DNA of 64,000 nucleotides from Eledone cirrhosa (Eukaryota): positions 312,232,001 through 312,296,000 of the forward strand of contig OZ024742.1 in assembly GCA_964016885.1 (NCBI GenBank), written 5' to 3'. The position numbers and the translations under genes were made by a program. Below, one piece after another: positions 51,880-64,000 of this stretch (positions are counted from its first letter, which is position 1; each line of letters starts with the position of its first letter). The notes below the pieces were generated by a model, which did no database searches, was not told the DNA's origin, and saw only the letters and a program-made list of their open reading frames with translations.

Positions 51880-52240
51880 TACTGATTCCTAATTTAAGCA
51901 CAAAGTCTCAAATTTAGGGTCAGGTTATATCAACCCCAGTATTCAGCTGGTATTTCTTTTATCGAACCCTGGCGGATAAAAGACAAAGTTAATCTCTGTA
52001 GGATTTCAACTTAAAACATAAACTGATGTAACTAAATATGGATTTCAGCAAATTTGAAGGAAGGGCAAAGTTGATTAAAGCAACTCCAGTACATGATAGG
52101 TATGTTATTTTATAGGCTCCAAAAGGATGAAAGGCACAGATGACCTCACTAGGATTTGAACTCAGAATATAAAAATGTAAAAGCCAGAAAAAATACCTTA
52201 ATGGCATTTTATACTGCCAATACTGCCAATCCACCACATT
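51880..52240 (-). mobile_element. Degenerate family-2 SINE pair
   Basis: AAGGATGAAAGGCA...GGATTTGAACTCAGAA...CAATACTGCCAATCCACC. Confidence 0.6.
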
Positions 52241-54354
52241 ATATATAACTAAATATTGCAAAGCATTTTGTGGAGGCTCTACTCATTCTGTTATCAATTC
52301 CATATGCCATCCAATATGTCATATAACAATGGAGATGATAATGACATGGATCTTTGTGGATTTAATAACAATAAGAAAAGGTCAAGCCAATAAGAGAAAC
52401 TCTAACTTGTATCTCAATCTGTTTACACAAAGGCAGTCAAATTATCTTCCTTCAACAAACTTGCAGTAACCTCTGAATAAGGTCACATATATCAGATCTT
52501 ACTTATTATTTACCCTGAAATAATAACAGCAAAGCTATATGGTTAGAAACTGCTTCATTCAGGGAACTATTTCTATGTCAAGGATACTTTTCAAGCAGAG
52601 TTCACTGGGGCTATCCAACAATAACATCAGTGTTGACAGAGAGGCAGAACTACTGTAGTGAAGAAAGATTGTGATAACCTTCCATTGGCTATAGTCAACG
52701 CTTTTTACCTTTAGTCACTACATACAGAACCACACACACACACCTATACTAGAAAGTTGGCTCAGAGGTCAGTGACCATATATATTTTCTCACACACCAA
52801 TTCACAGGGAAAAACTAAACTAACAATAAAAACTTTACCAAAAAACAAACAAAAAAAAACATTAAGCACCAGCTACATTTTAAACAAAGTAGATTGTTTT
52901 CCTCCCATTTTCAATTAATATCAAAGATTAATTTAGATTTCAAATAATTCAGGAGAAACTGCAGCATTTTCAACCAAACGTTGAATATAAGAGAACAAAA
53001 AACAAAAAAAAACAATTAAAAAAATATATATATGAGAAACGACAACAAAACAAACCATGTCTTTAAACATAGGAAACCAGATTTTTTTTTTCCAACAAAG
53101 CAAAAGTTATGTTGTAGAGATGTGTAAATAAAAGTAAAAATAAAATCAATGGCTACAAAGTATAAAAGCATAAAGTGAACATTAGAGTGTCTTCTATATG
53201 GTTTAGTATAACAAATGCTGTTGGCAACACAAATGAATCATTCATGTGGAAGATCCAATGTATTTTGAGATTTAACTCTTCTATTACCCTATTTCTGATG
53301 AAAGACATTACCTATGCTGTTTAAATAAGTTTGAAAGCAATCAAGAATTGTTTAAAGGATTAAATAAAACAACTAAGGTTCTCATTATTAACTCTTAACC
53401 TTTTACCATTTACATTACTCTATATTTCCTATTATATTTTTATAGTAAAGGCTTTTTCTCATATAATATCGAATCTATGAAATTTAGCTACCCATTTTGA
53501 GAACAATACCTTAACATCAGTTAAGCTGCTGGTTATGGCCAGTTTATGTGGTTTCATGTGGTAGAATATGTTAACTCTTTAGCATTTACATTATTCTATG
53601 TTATTCTATATTTACTATTGTATTTTCACAGTAAAGGCTTTATCTAACATAATTATCTCGCAAAATATAAAATCTATGAGATTTTGATATTATTTATTTT
53701 GAGAACAATACCTCAACATCAGTATGAGCACCCAGTTATGGCCAGTTATGGCCAGTTTGAACAGAAAGAGGTGAGAGAATTCTGGCCAGATAGTTTAAAT
53801 GCTAAAGGGTTCAGAGTTAAACTGGTGTTAGGAACATAACAAATGATTTTTCATAAAATTATAATGGAAGGTTTTTAGATAAATGTAAAAATAATTTTGT
53901 ACCTTAAAATTAAGAGTACTTTCGGGCACTTTGATATCAAAAAGATTAAAAAAAAAAAAACTACAATATTCCCTGCATTGTTTTTTTGTTTTTTTTTGCT
54001 TTGAGAGTATCTTGCAGCAAGAAATGAATGGTCAGATAAATTATCTGAGATGTAAATATCCCAGAAACTATAAAGTCTAGGAGAATAAGACTGAACAGGA
54101 TTAATGTTGATCAACATAAGATTTATTCTACAAAATTTGTCATCATTCTAACACTAATTCACAATATATAGTAGTAGTTCCTCAGATATTTACATCTCAA
54201 ATGATATGTAATTTTTGAAACACCCTGTGTGTGTGTGTCTATATATATATAATAATAATGAAATTATTGTGTACAGCGCTCAGGTGCATGTATATCATCA
54301 TCATCATTTAACGTCTATCTATCATGCTAGTATATATATATATATATATATATA

Positions 54355-54500
54355 GTTCAACGAAACAACAAACAGAGGTATAACAAGTCTTATTAGTTTC
54401 ACACTTTAAATGGAAAAGGAGAAAGAAAGTTCGATGAGTCGGGCTTTATGCCTTCTTCAGGAGTATAAAAATAGAGACAGGATCACAAAGGATAGATACA
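54355..54500 (-). mobile_element. Probable Penelope-like terminal-repeat remnant with degenerate hammerhead core
   Basis: Minus strand CTGAAGA-AGGC-ATAAA-GCCC-GA(CTC); the GAAA box is damaged; adjacent to (TA)n. Confidence 0.4.
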
Positions 54501-55573
54501 GATGGATAAGTATATAAAAAATTAGGCATCTACAAATACAGCCTAAGAAAGGTCTGATAACATATTTTTACCCTTTCATTTCTATATTTCTAATGAATGT
54601 CACTCCCTACATTTTTCAAATTTTGAAAACAATCAAGAATTCAAAGGGATTTAGTAATATAAGTAACTTTCTCATTAAGTTGGTGTAGGACAGTGAATTG
54701 ACAGAGTTGATAGAGCATTAGACAAATGTGTAGCAATATTCGTTCCAGCCCTTTACCTTCTGGGTTCAAATTCCACCAAGGCCAACTTTCCAGGTCAATA
54801 CAAGGGTCAATTTAATTGACTTTTTCCTTCAGCAAAAATTACTGGCCTTGTGCCTAATGTAGGAATCATTATTAAGCTGGTATTTGGAACATATCTTAAC
54901 ATAGGTTCTTATTGGGACTAATAATATGGAGTTACATAACTACTATAGATTAGTTACTATATTGATTTATCATGATCAATCAACCTTCTGAAATGATCGT
55001 AAAACAATGGATTAAGCACTAGACTTCTTTTGTTTTCATTGTTCAACATATATGTATACGACACTGTCCTCATTTGAATATTCAAGGAAATCCAAACTGA
55101 TGAAAGCGTACTACAAAATCAAGAACTCTCATCACCTGTTCTCGTTGGAATTATTACTTCATGGAGTTCAAACAGTGTTATTGGTCCTATCATAGACATG
55201 CAGATACCAGTATAAAGAAATTAAAGTAAATTCAGGCTGTTTCAGGTAGCTTAGTATGAAAAAGGTTAAAGAAAAGGATCCTGAGAAATCATGTTGCGAG
55301 GAGGCCATAGACACTTATCTTTAGTAGCTGGGTCATCAGTAAAATTAAGACAGACAAAAGTGGAAAAAAATAAAGTTTTGTTTGATGGGAAAATGCAGAA
55401 AAGCTTTTCTTTTATTTATGTTTATGCAGAATCAAGGCAAAAAGTTATTTGCTGCATTGCAGATTCAACAAACCCGTGCCAAGTTAGAACAGTTTATGGT
55501 ATGTTACTATGTGTGCATATGTGTATATATATATACACATGTGTGTGTGTGCGCGTGCGTGCGTGTGTGTGTG

Positions 55574-55606
<33 letters not shown>

Positions 55607-55909
55607 ATACATATGATGGATTTTCTGCCAGTTTTGAAATGAGTTTTCAGGCAGAATCTCTGTGACACTATGTCAGAATATAGGACCATTGAGTTATGGG
55701 TACATTCCCTACAGTGGGATTCCACAGAGTTTCTGACTACCCATTTTCCCTAAAAAAATTTTGGTTAACTAGGAGGTCATGCAGTGGGATTAAACCCAAG
55801 GTATGATTGCGGAACGAATATCTTAACCACTCAACTGCACACATACACGTGCGTATGTATGTACGTACACACACATATATATATAACAAAGAGAGTGTGG
55901 TAAGATACC

Positions 55910-56085
55910 AGGTGGACCATAATGCATCAGAGTACTCGATATTTGGGGTAGTAGAGGGGGTAATATGAAAAGATTCAGGACCTCGACGGCTGAACTCCGG
56001 CTGTTTTGACAGATCGATCCGAATGTTCGGATATATCTGTCGAAAGGACTGGAGCTCAGCCGTCGGGGTCCTGAATCTTTTCATA
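55910..56085 (-). repeat. Second copy of the hairpin + flank family
   Basis: 55964-56085 is a 122-bp near-perfect palindrome; 55915-55963 is the reverse complement of 7061-7110. Confidence 0.82.
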
Positions 56086-56316
56086 TAGATATAGATATTA
56101 TTAGTACAGAATAAAAGTTTAAGCAAAGATTTCTGCTTCCACCCTAAGTGGGATCATTTGAAACAGAGAAATATCAATCTGTAAATACAGATTATCCTTT
56201 CTGGATTTTGGTATTTTTGTATTTACTATTACTATTATATATCATCCTTACGGGGTCGTTAAAATAAAGTACCAGTAATACACTGGCCTTGTGCCAAAAG
56301 TAGAAACAATTATTAC

Positions 56317-56393
<77 letters not shown>

Positions 56394-56614
56394 TATAGAT
56401 ATGAAATGTAACTGGGTGCATGGACAAGAGGCTACAGACATGTTATGGAGAAATAATTTTACGAAAATAATCTTTGGAGTTGTTAGCAAGATAACTGACA
56501 AAAGCCAGTCACAAACTGAATTGTTCAAAATAGTGCAGACATGCTAATAGTTTGGCAATAGCCACCCCTACCACACCAATATAGAACAATGATATAACAC
56601 AGTGTGTGTACATG

Positions 56615-56653
<39 letters not shown>

Positions 56654-56852
56654 ATTCTCTTTAGTTTGGGTGCATGGTTATATTGTTATATGAGTGTATG
56701 TGTGTGGATGCAAATGTGACTTTCTATCAGTTTATTATTTGGTATATAATTCTCTGTGTATGTGTACGAATACTAATGCAGTAGGGTATGCAAATGCACA
56801 AGTAACGAGACATTTGCATATAAGTGTAAGTGCATCTATATGTATGCATGCA

Positions 56853-56885
<33 letters not shown>

Positions 56886-56931
56886 CACACACGTTTATTT
56901 CACATGGGTATCTCCAGATTATATGCAGATA

Positions 56932-56998
<67 letters not shown>

Positions 56999-57460
56999 AG
57001 GCAATATTGTATAAGCACATCTTGTGATGCACTCAGTACATTTAAGTTTCAGGGCAATAATTGCTAACAAGTTACATACATACAGAGAAACACATACATA
57101 CATACATACACACACACAAACACTTACAAAGACACAGAGAGAGAGCAGCTATAAAAGATGAAAGATGACTGAGACATCAGTGAAGCAAAAGGAAAGACTG
57201 ACATGTTGAAGCAATAACAGAAACAAATGAATCCCTTCATGCCCATCATATTACATCCAATATAAAGAGGACATCAACATAAAAACAAAGGAAGGAATTA
57301 GAAAGAAAGAAGGCAAACTATTTATCTATCATCATCATCATCACCATTTTAAGTCCATTATTCCATGCTAGCATGGGTTAGATGAGTTGTTCTGATGTGG
57401 GCAATGCAAGATCAGGTGACCATGTCTTGCTCATACAGAACTAATCTATCTATCTATCTA

Positions 57461-58283
57461 TTTATAGAGGGTTAGTATGTCACAAGGGCGATAACATGCT
57501 CAGAAGACTCTAGGCGTCAAAGACGACAAACTCACCGGTCTGTTTGGTAGGACTTTCCGCCCGGAACCTATGGACAACTTCCAGAGGTCCCTGGCCTGGC
57601 AGTGCTACCGAGGCGCTCTACCAGTTCGTGACAAGATCAACAGGCACGGACGCCCCGGCAGGGATCCTTCCAAGAGGACGTGTCCAAGATGCGCGCAGGA
57701 CATTGAAACCGTCCTGCACGCAATTGTACACTGCCTGGGCGTAAGCGACCTGTGGAACTATGCAGAACAACTGTTGTCGCGTATGGGACAAATCCAGTTG
57801 ACCGCCGAGTCCATAGTAAGGATCAAACCGCCAACTTCTTTCAAAAACGAAAGAGAGGCGGTTTTCCTCTGTATAGTAGTGGCTATGGTGAAAGAGGTTA
57901 TATGGTGGATGAGATTGAGAGGACTGAGGACAGATGCCTTTCTCTCCGGACAACAGAGGCACTGCACCCCAGTAAATTTACTGAAAGGTGGGTGAATGTG
58001 GCAAAAATGGCCCGAGTGTTTGGGCCTTCTCTGTATATAAACCTGTAGGTTGAAGAAGAGAGCAAAAAGAAGAAAGGAGCACTTGCACAACACGCTCCTG
58101 AAGTTGAGGGTTGTACTATCGATGGGGTATTAAACAGCCCATTTGTGGCGCCTCCCCCCTATTGGGGATTTCGATTGTTATAATTGTTTGTTTTATATTT
58201 TTTTACACAATTGCATGTAAAATTCCCGGCATGTCTTTGTTTTTGTCCCCTTTTCTTGTGCGCCCTTGTGGCTAATAAAGAAA
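57461..58283 (+). mobile_element. 3' fragment of an L1/Tx1-clade LINE (zf-RVT region and 3' UTR)
   Basis: AWQCYRGALPVRDK...CPRC...ETVLHAIVHC..VSDLW (CCHC zinc-binding motif after RT); T-rich 3' UTR with AATAAA at 58274; CpG-rich. Confidence 0.85.
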
Positions 58284-58589
58284 TATATCTATATATATAG
58301 ATAAACATAGAGAGAGAGAACTGGTGCTATAGTGATAAGTATCAAGTAAGGTGGATGGCATTAGCAAGGCATCCTATCATAGAAAACCAGACCAAAATTG
58401 GATTGTTTGAGGAAGACGCAGTCACTGGACTTGACTGCTCTCATAACCTAATACACCTAACCCATACAAACATAGAAAATAGATGCTAAACAATCATTAT
58501 GGTGATATCTATCTATCTACACACACACATGCATATATAAATATATATATGGATATGTGTGACTTAGAATAAAAACACTGTATTCTTGC

Positions 58590-58740
<151 letters not shown>

Positions 58741-59483
58741 AGCAATATAGAAAAATATCAAACCTAGTCAGTGCTTCTTTCATTAACACCCACCCAACCA
58801 TAGCAAATATCCAAAGACTTTCAGTTTATCCAATCACAAATCAATCAATCAATTAATCAATATACATAGGATGCAAACAGAGGGAACTGATTGACATTCT
58901 AATGAGAATAATTTGTCAGTAGGTAATTAGTTCTACTGTTTTCAGTCAAGAATAAAATTGTAGTTCAGTCAGTCATTTCTCTTCTTCTTCTAATGATGTA
59001 TATATATATATGTATATACACACATACACACACACACATATATACCTATTCTTGTGTTCCCACACAACACCGTTGTTCCACAATGTAACATATTGTGTCA
59101 ACTCTGACATACAGATACGCATTTACAAGATACGATTTTTGTAAAATCATTGAGTTAGTGGTAAACAGGGATCTTGGGCAAATTCTGTTTGTCTGGCTTG
59201 TTAAAATATATATATATATATATTAAACTACCTTCATACCAAGTAATCATTCTCATATCCATCAATACCACATAGATATATGTGTGTGCACGCATGCATG
59301 CGTGCGTGTATATATATACTCACATATACAATGAGACTAAATGTATGTATGTGTATCATCATCATCATTTAACGTGTTATGAGACCGGCCAGGTGACCAT
59401 GTCTTGCTCATATAGATTTGTTTGTGTATATATCAACATCATTATCATCGTTTAACGTCCATCTTCCACGCCTGCATGGGTTT

Positions 59484-59516
<33 letters not shown>

Positions 59517-59864
59517 AATATATATTATACAAATACATACATACGTACATACATGATGGATTATCCATTGATTTGATGAACTGAACATGAATTAACGTGC
59601 AAATGGTTGAGTATTCCAGACATGTGTACCCATAACATAATTTCCCAGTAGAGTTTATGTGACAATATGACAATGCCGGGCCTTTGAATTACAGGTACAA
59701 TCTATTCAAGGGGTATCCTCACACTTTCTGTTTACCTAAATTCAGTCACAAGACTTTCAGTGATCTAAGGCTATGGTAAAGATACTTGCCCAAGATACCA
59801 CAAAGTGAAATTGAAACCAGAACCATATGAATGCAAAGCAAACTTATTAACCATTCACCTATAT

Positions 59865-60725
59865 CAGAGGTTTTCAAAGAGGAGGGGGTGGGTTATTGAG
59901 AAGGTCCTGGGGGGGGGGGGGCACTGGGGACTAACGGGTCGGTAGAGATGATATAATATTATATTAAATAACAATGATACATATCATCATCATCCTTATT
60001 TTAAGTCCGCTTTTCCCTACTTGCAAGGGTTGGACAGGTCCTATTCAGTACATCATCTCTCCATTTGTCACGGTCCTTCGTCATCTCCTCCGTGAGTTTC
60101 AGCGATCTGAGGTCTGCTCTCATCACCACCTCCGCCCATGTTTTACGTGATCTACTTCTTCTGCGTCTTCCTTCTACTGCGATTTCTTGGCACTTCTTTA
60201 CCCAGTGGTCATCCTCCATGCGCATCACATACCCATACCATCTCAGCCTTCTCTCCTACACACCACAACTTATCCCTCTTATACCCAGTTTCTTTCTCAA
60301 CTCGTCCATGCTTGGTCGTTCGCGCATATTGACATTGCACATCCAACGGAGCATACTTGCTTCATTTCTTTCCAGCCGTCGCATATCATCTGCAGTTGCC
60401 GCCCATGTCTCACTACCATGCAGCATCGCGCATCTCACACAAGCATCATATAACCGTCCTTTCGTATGCAGGGAGAAACCCTTCTTTGTCAACAAAGGAA
60501 GCAGCTCCCTAAACTTCTTCCAACCCATTCTTATATATAGTAAAATAAAAAAATATATAATATTTCTTTATACATATTATATATTATAATGTATATTATA
60601 TATAAATTAATGATTTTATTTACAATTTGCATGTAGGCAGGTCTGTCTGGAAAAAGGGGTGGGCGCGTTGAGGTATTACGTGGCCATGAGGGGCGGTGGT
60701 GGCCCCAAAAGTTTGAGAATCTCAG
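59865..60725. mobile_element. Buster-type hAT MITE with a nested RTE fragment
   Basis: CAGAGGTTTTCAAA vs TTTGAGAATCTCAG (11/14 inverted match); flanks ACCTATAT / AGCTATGT (6/8, nnnTAnnn). Confidence 0.6.
59985..60532 (-). mobile_element. 5'-truncated RTE LINE (same family as 62461-64000)
   Basis: GWKKFRELLPLL...HGSETW...TCPTLASREKRT*, one in-frame stop, (CAT)n tail. Confidence 0.92.
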
Positions 60726-61847
60726 AGCTATGTTATGTCCACACACACAGACACAGAAAACTAAATGTAAATGTATTATATATATAAAAACATATTGTAT
60801 ATGAGTTCCTAGAAGTCTTTATTCAACTTTTAATCCATACAGTGGCACAGATAAGTATCCATAGAGCTAGGGCTTATAATTCAGAAAGGGTTAACTTATT
60901 TTTTCTTAATTTTTCAAGGCTATCAAATGATGGAGCTTGTATGTGGTCATTTGAATTGCTACGGAAAATAGCAGCTCAAATCAACTTCAAATAACACTCT
61001 ATGAACTTGAAAAAAAAAGGGGGGGGGGGCGACAACGACACATTAGATAATGTTGTTCATGATACAGAATTCCTATCAGGAGAGAGTGGTCATGGTTGGA
61101 ATACCTTTGATTATAGTTCTGCTCAGTCAGTGCTGACATGGAGCTAAACAACACCAAGAAGGCCATTAGCAACACCAATGAAATCAAATGGGCTATGGAC
61201 TTGCCTCGCAATATCCTTACCTTCATTTATATTATGATATTCACCTCAAAATAACAGAAAATAGCAAAAGAAAAAGGAAAGGGATCTGAAAATGTAAAAT
61301 ATGACTTACTGGAAGTGGTAATCCCATTGGTCCAGGACCATACATCACCCTCATGAAAAGATGGGCAGCACAGCAAGGCAGACCAGAAGGTTTTCTGTAA
61401 TGGTCATCACATAAGAATGAAATGAACTTATGTTTTCTTTGCAAAATACTGAAGAAGCTTTCCGGAGTCATACTATAAATATACACAGCCACACACACAG
61501 ATATATATATACATATATATATATACACACACACTCAATCCATATCAAGCCCTCTTCAGATTTTAGTCTTCATAATTATTATTATTACTATTATCATCAT
61601 CTTCGTTTAACGTCCATTTTCCACGCTAGCATGGGTTAGACGGGAGTTGTCCTATATATATAATATATATTATATAATAGAATTTTATGAGGGGTTACAC
61701 AAATTTAATTTGAAAATTATCCCCTTTTCTGGATATATATTTCATATATGTAGATGTTATAAGATTTCAGAAAATTCTTAGGTTTGGGTTGCAATGTACT
61801 ATATATGTGTATATGTATGTATGTATGTATGTATATATATATATTTG

Positions 61848-62452
61848 TCAGGTCACCAGTTGGTGCTACTGGTAACATGTATCCCAGTACAACCTGTCTC
61901 ATGGTCGGGTCGTTGGCGACTAAACTGGCAACCCCACCAAGGTTTCTTGGTGAGGAGGGTGACTTTGGACATCCTGCAGGACTAAAAACAAAACCTGTCA
62001 AAGGGCAAAGGAGCTCTTAAGAGTCAATGGCCATCCAAAATCACCGGGAGAGATGACCGCTTAGCCTTTGTCAAGGCAGAATTCTAGGAGAAGGAAAACT
62101 GATATAACACCTGCAACCCTGATGGTATCCAATGATGTTGACTTGTTCTTCTTTTTGGTAAATATCACCTTGGTTAAGAGAGTGGGACTGGCTTTGTGCA
62201 GTGCCTTTGCTCACTATAAAAGCTTCACGGCACAGGCATTGCTTTATATCTGGAGATCTCTCTGCACTTGTCGTCACATGGTACCATGGGCCCAGCACTA
62301 TGTGTAAAAAATTGTCACAAGTGTAGTGTTTGTACCAGAGTTTTCAAGTCGCTGGCTGGACTAAAAAGTCACACTCGTTCAGCGCATTGGTAGGGGTTCT
62401 CCTACAGGGATATAAAGTAGTGGCCGTACTCGAAAACGAGTTGGCAGCCACC
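61848..62452 (+). mobile_element. Probable RTE 5'-UTR-derived non-autonomous element
   Basis: GC-richer non-coding block between TA repeats; contains CTAGGAGAAGGAAAACT (62084-62100), recalled from RTE 5' UTRs; no RT ORF follows. Confidence 0.45.
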
Positions 62453-62460
62453 ATATATAT

Positions 62461-64000
62461 CATCATCATCATCATCATCATTTTACGTCCGCTTTTCCCT
62501 GCTTGCAAGGGTGGGACGGGTCTTATTCAGCACAGCATCTCTCCACTCGTCACGGTCCCTCGTCATCTCCACCGTGAGCTTCAATGATCTGAGGTCTGTT
62601 CTCACCACCTCCGCCCATGTTTTTCGTGGTCTACCTCTACCACGTCTTCCTTCAACTGGCATTTCCTGGCACTTCTTCACCCATCGGTCATCCTCCATGC
62701 GCATCACATGTCCATACCACCTCAGTCTCCTCTCCCGTACACTACATTCTATCCCTCTCAGACACAGTTTCTCTCTCAACACATTTATGCTGGGTCGTTC
62801 ACGCACATTTACACTGCACATCCAACGGAGCATGCTTGCCTCATTTCTCTCCAGCCGTCGCATTTCTTCTGCGGTTGCTGCCCATGTCTCACTACCATGC
62901 AGCATCGCGCTTCTCACACAGGCATCATACAACCGGCCTTTCGTACGCAGGGAGAAACCCTTCTTCGTCAACAGAGGAAGCAGCTCCCTAAACTTCTTCC
63001 AACCCGTCCTTATTCTAGATACTATGGCCTCGGAACACCCTCCTCCCTAGGTACCGGAAGCTATCCACCACTTCTATAGCGCCCTCTCGCATTTGAAAAA
63101 TGTGTCTATCAGTGCGACTTCTACTGTCTAATTTCCCTGTACATCTACTGCATACATATTTCTCCCTACCTGTTAGTTTGCCTGCTATCCCGCTACATCT
63201 CTTGTGTACCCAGGACCTACATTGTGTGCATTTTATAGAATTTATGCCAGTTCCTTTTCTGCATATCGAACATGGCCATTTCCCTGACGGAATCAGGGTT
63301 TTGTCCTCTTTTCTACTCATCAACACTTTTTGTCTTAGCTAGATTTACTCTCAGTCCTCTTGCTTCCAACTGCTGTTTCCATAGCCGGAATTTATTCTCT
63401 AGCTCCTCTACTGATTCTGCCATAAGAGCCAGATCGTCAGCATAGAGAAGTTCCCATGGACAGCCAGTCTTAAACTCCTCTGTTATGGCTTGGAGGACTA
63501 TAATGAACAAGAGCGGGCTGAGGACCGAACCCTGATGTACTCCTACTTGTATCTGGAATTCCTCACTAAACTCCATTCCTACCCTGACTTTACTGAGAGT
63601 ACCTCTGTACAAAGTTTGCACTGTCCTTACAAGCCATTCCTCAACACCCAGCTTCCTTAGGGACCACCAGATGACAGATCGGGGTACCCTATCAAAGGCC
63701 TTCTCTAGATCAACAAAGGCTAAGTATAGTGGCTTATTCTTCTCTAAGAACCTCTCTTGCATTTGTCTCACCAAGAAGAGGGCATCTGTTGTACTCTTCC
63801 CAGGCACAAAACCAAACTGCATCTCATCTAGTTTGACCCTTTCTCTAATTAGTTGTGCTAAAATCCTTTCTGCCACTTTCATAACCTGATCTATCAGTTT
63901 TATACCCCTATAATTGCTCCTCTCCAAAGCATCCCCTTTACCTTTGTAGCAATTTATGAGAATACTGCTGCACCAGTCTTTGGGTATGACACCACCATAT
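62461..64000 (-). mobile_element. RTE LINE, frameshifted RT + PHD-like finger, continues beyond the window
   Basis: ORF pieces 63313-63927, 63015-63326 and 62483-62971 are colinear with the 4059-5687 protein; the stop codon is followed directly by (ATG)n on the coding strand. Confidence 0.94.

Overview
AT-rich eukaryotic genomic DNA made almost entirely of interspersed repeats and microsatellites; no host protein-coding gene can be supported. The repeat inventory (RTE LINEs with (CAT)n tails, several tRNA-headed SINE families, very dense (TA)n/(GA)n/(CA)n) suggests a coleoid cephalopod such as an octopus; this is an inference, not a search result. Large elements: a 5'-truncated RTE LINE with an open RT+PHD frame (3768-5990, +) inserted in a foldback element; a frameshifted RTE LINE (62461-64000, -); a decayed Buster-type hAT transposon (48033-50464); a pogo/Tigger remnant; an L1/Tx1 3' fragment; two CRE-like endonuclease remnants; and many hAT, Tc1/mariner and TTAA (piggyBac-like) MITEs. 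Highlights: (1) a Penelope-type minimal hammerhead ribozyme with a complete core and an unusually long helix II (36890-36974); (2) a 49-nt pseudoknot+hairpin module shared by a LINE 3' end, a SINE, a stand-alone insertion and a 6-copy tandem array, paired with interchangeable tails that are themselves the last codons of RTE ORFs; (3) a twin-priming-type inversion in an RTE; (4) a MITE copied together with its flank 29 kb away. All folds and family assignments were made by eye and need computational confirmation.
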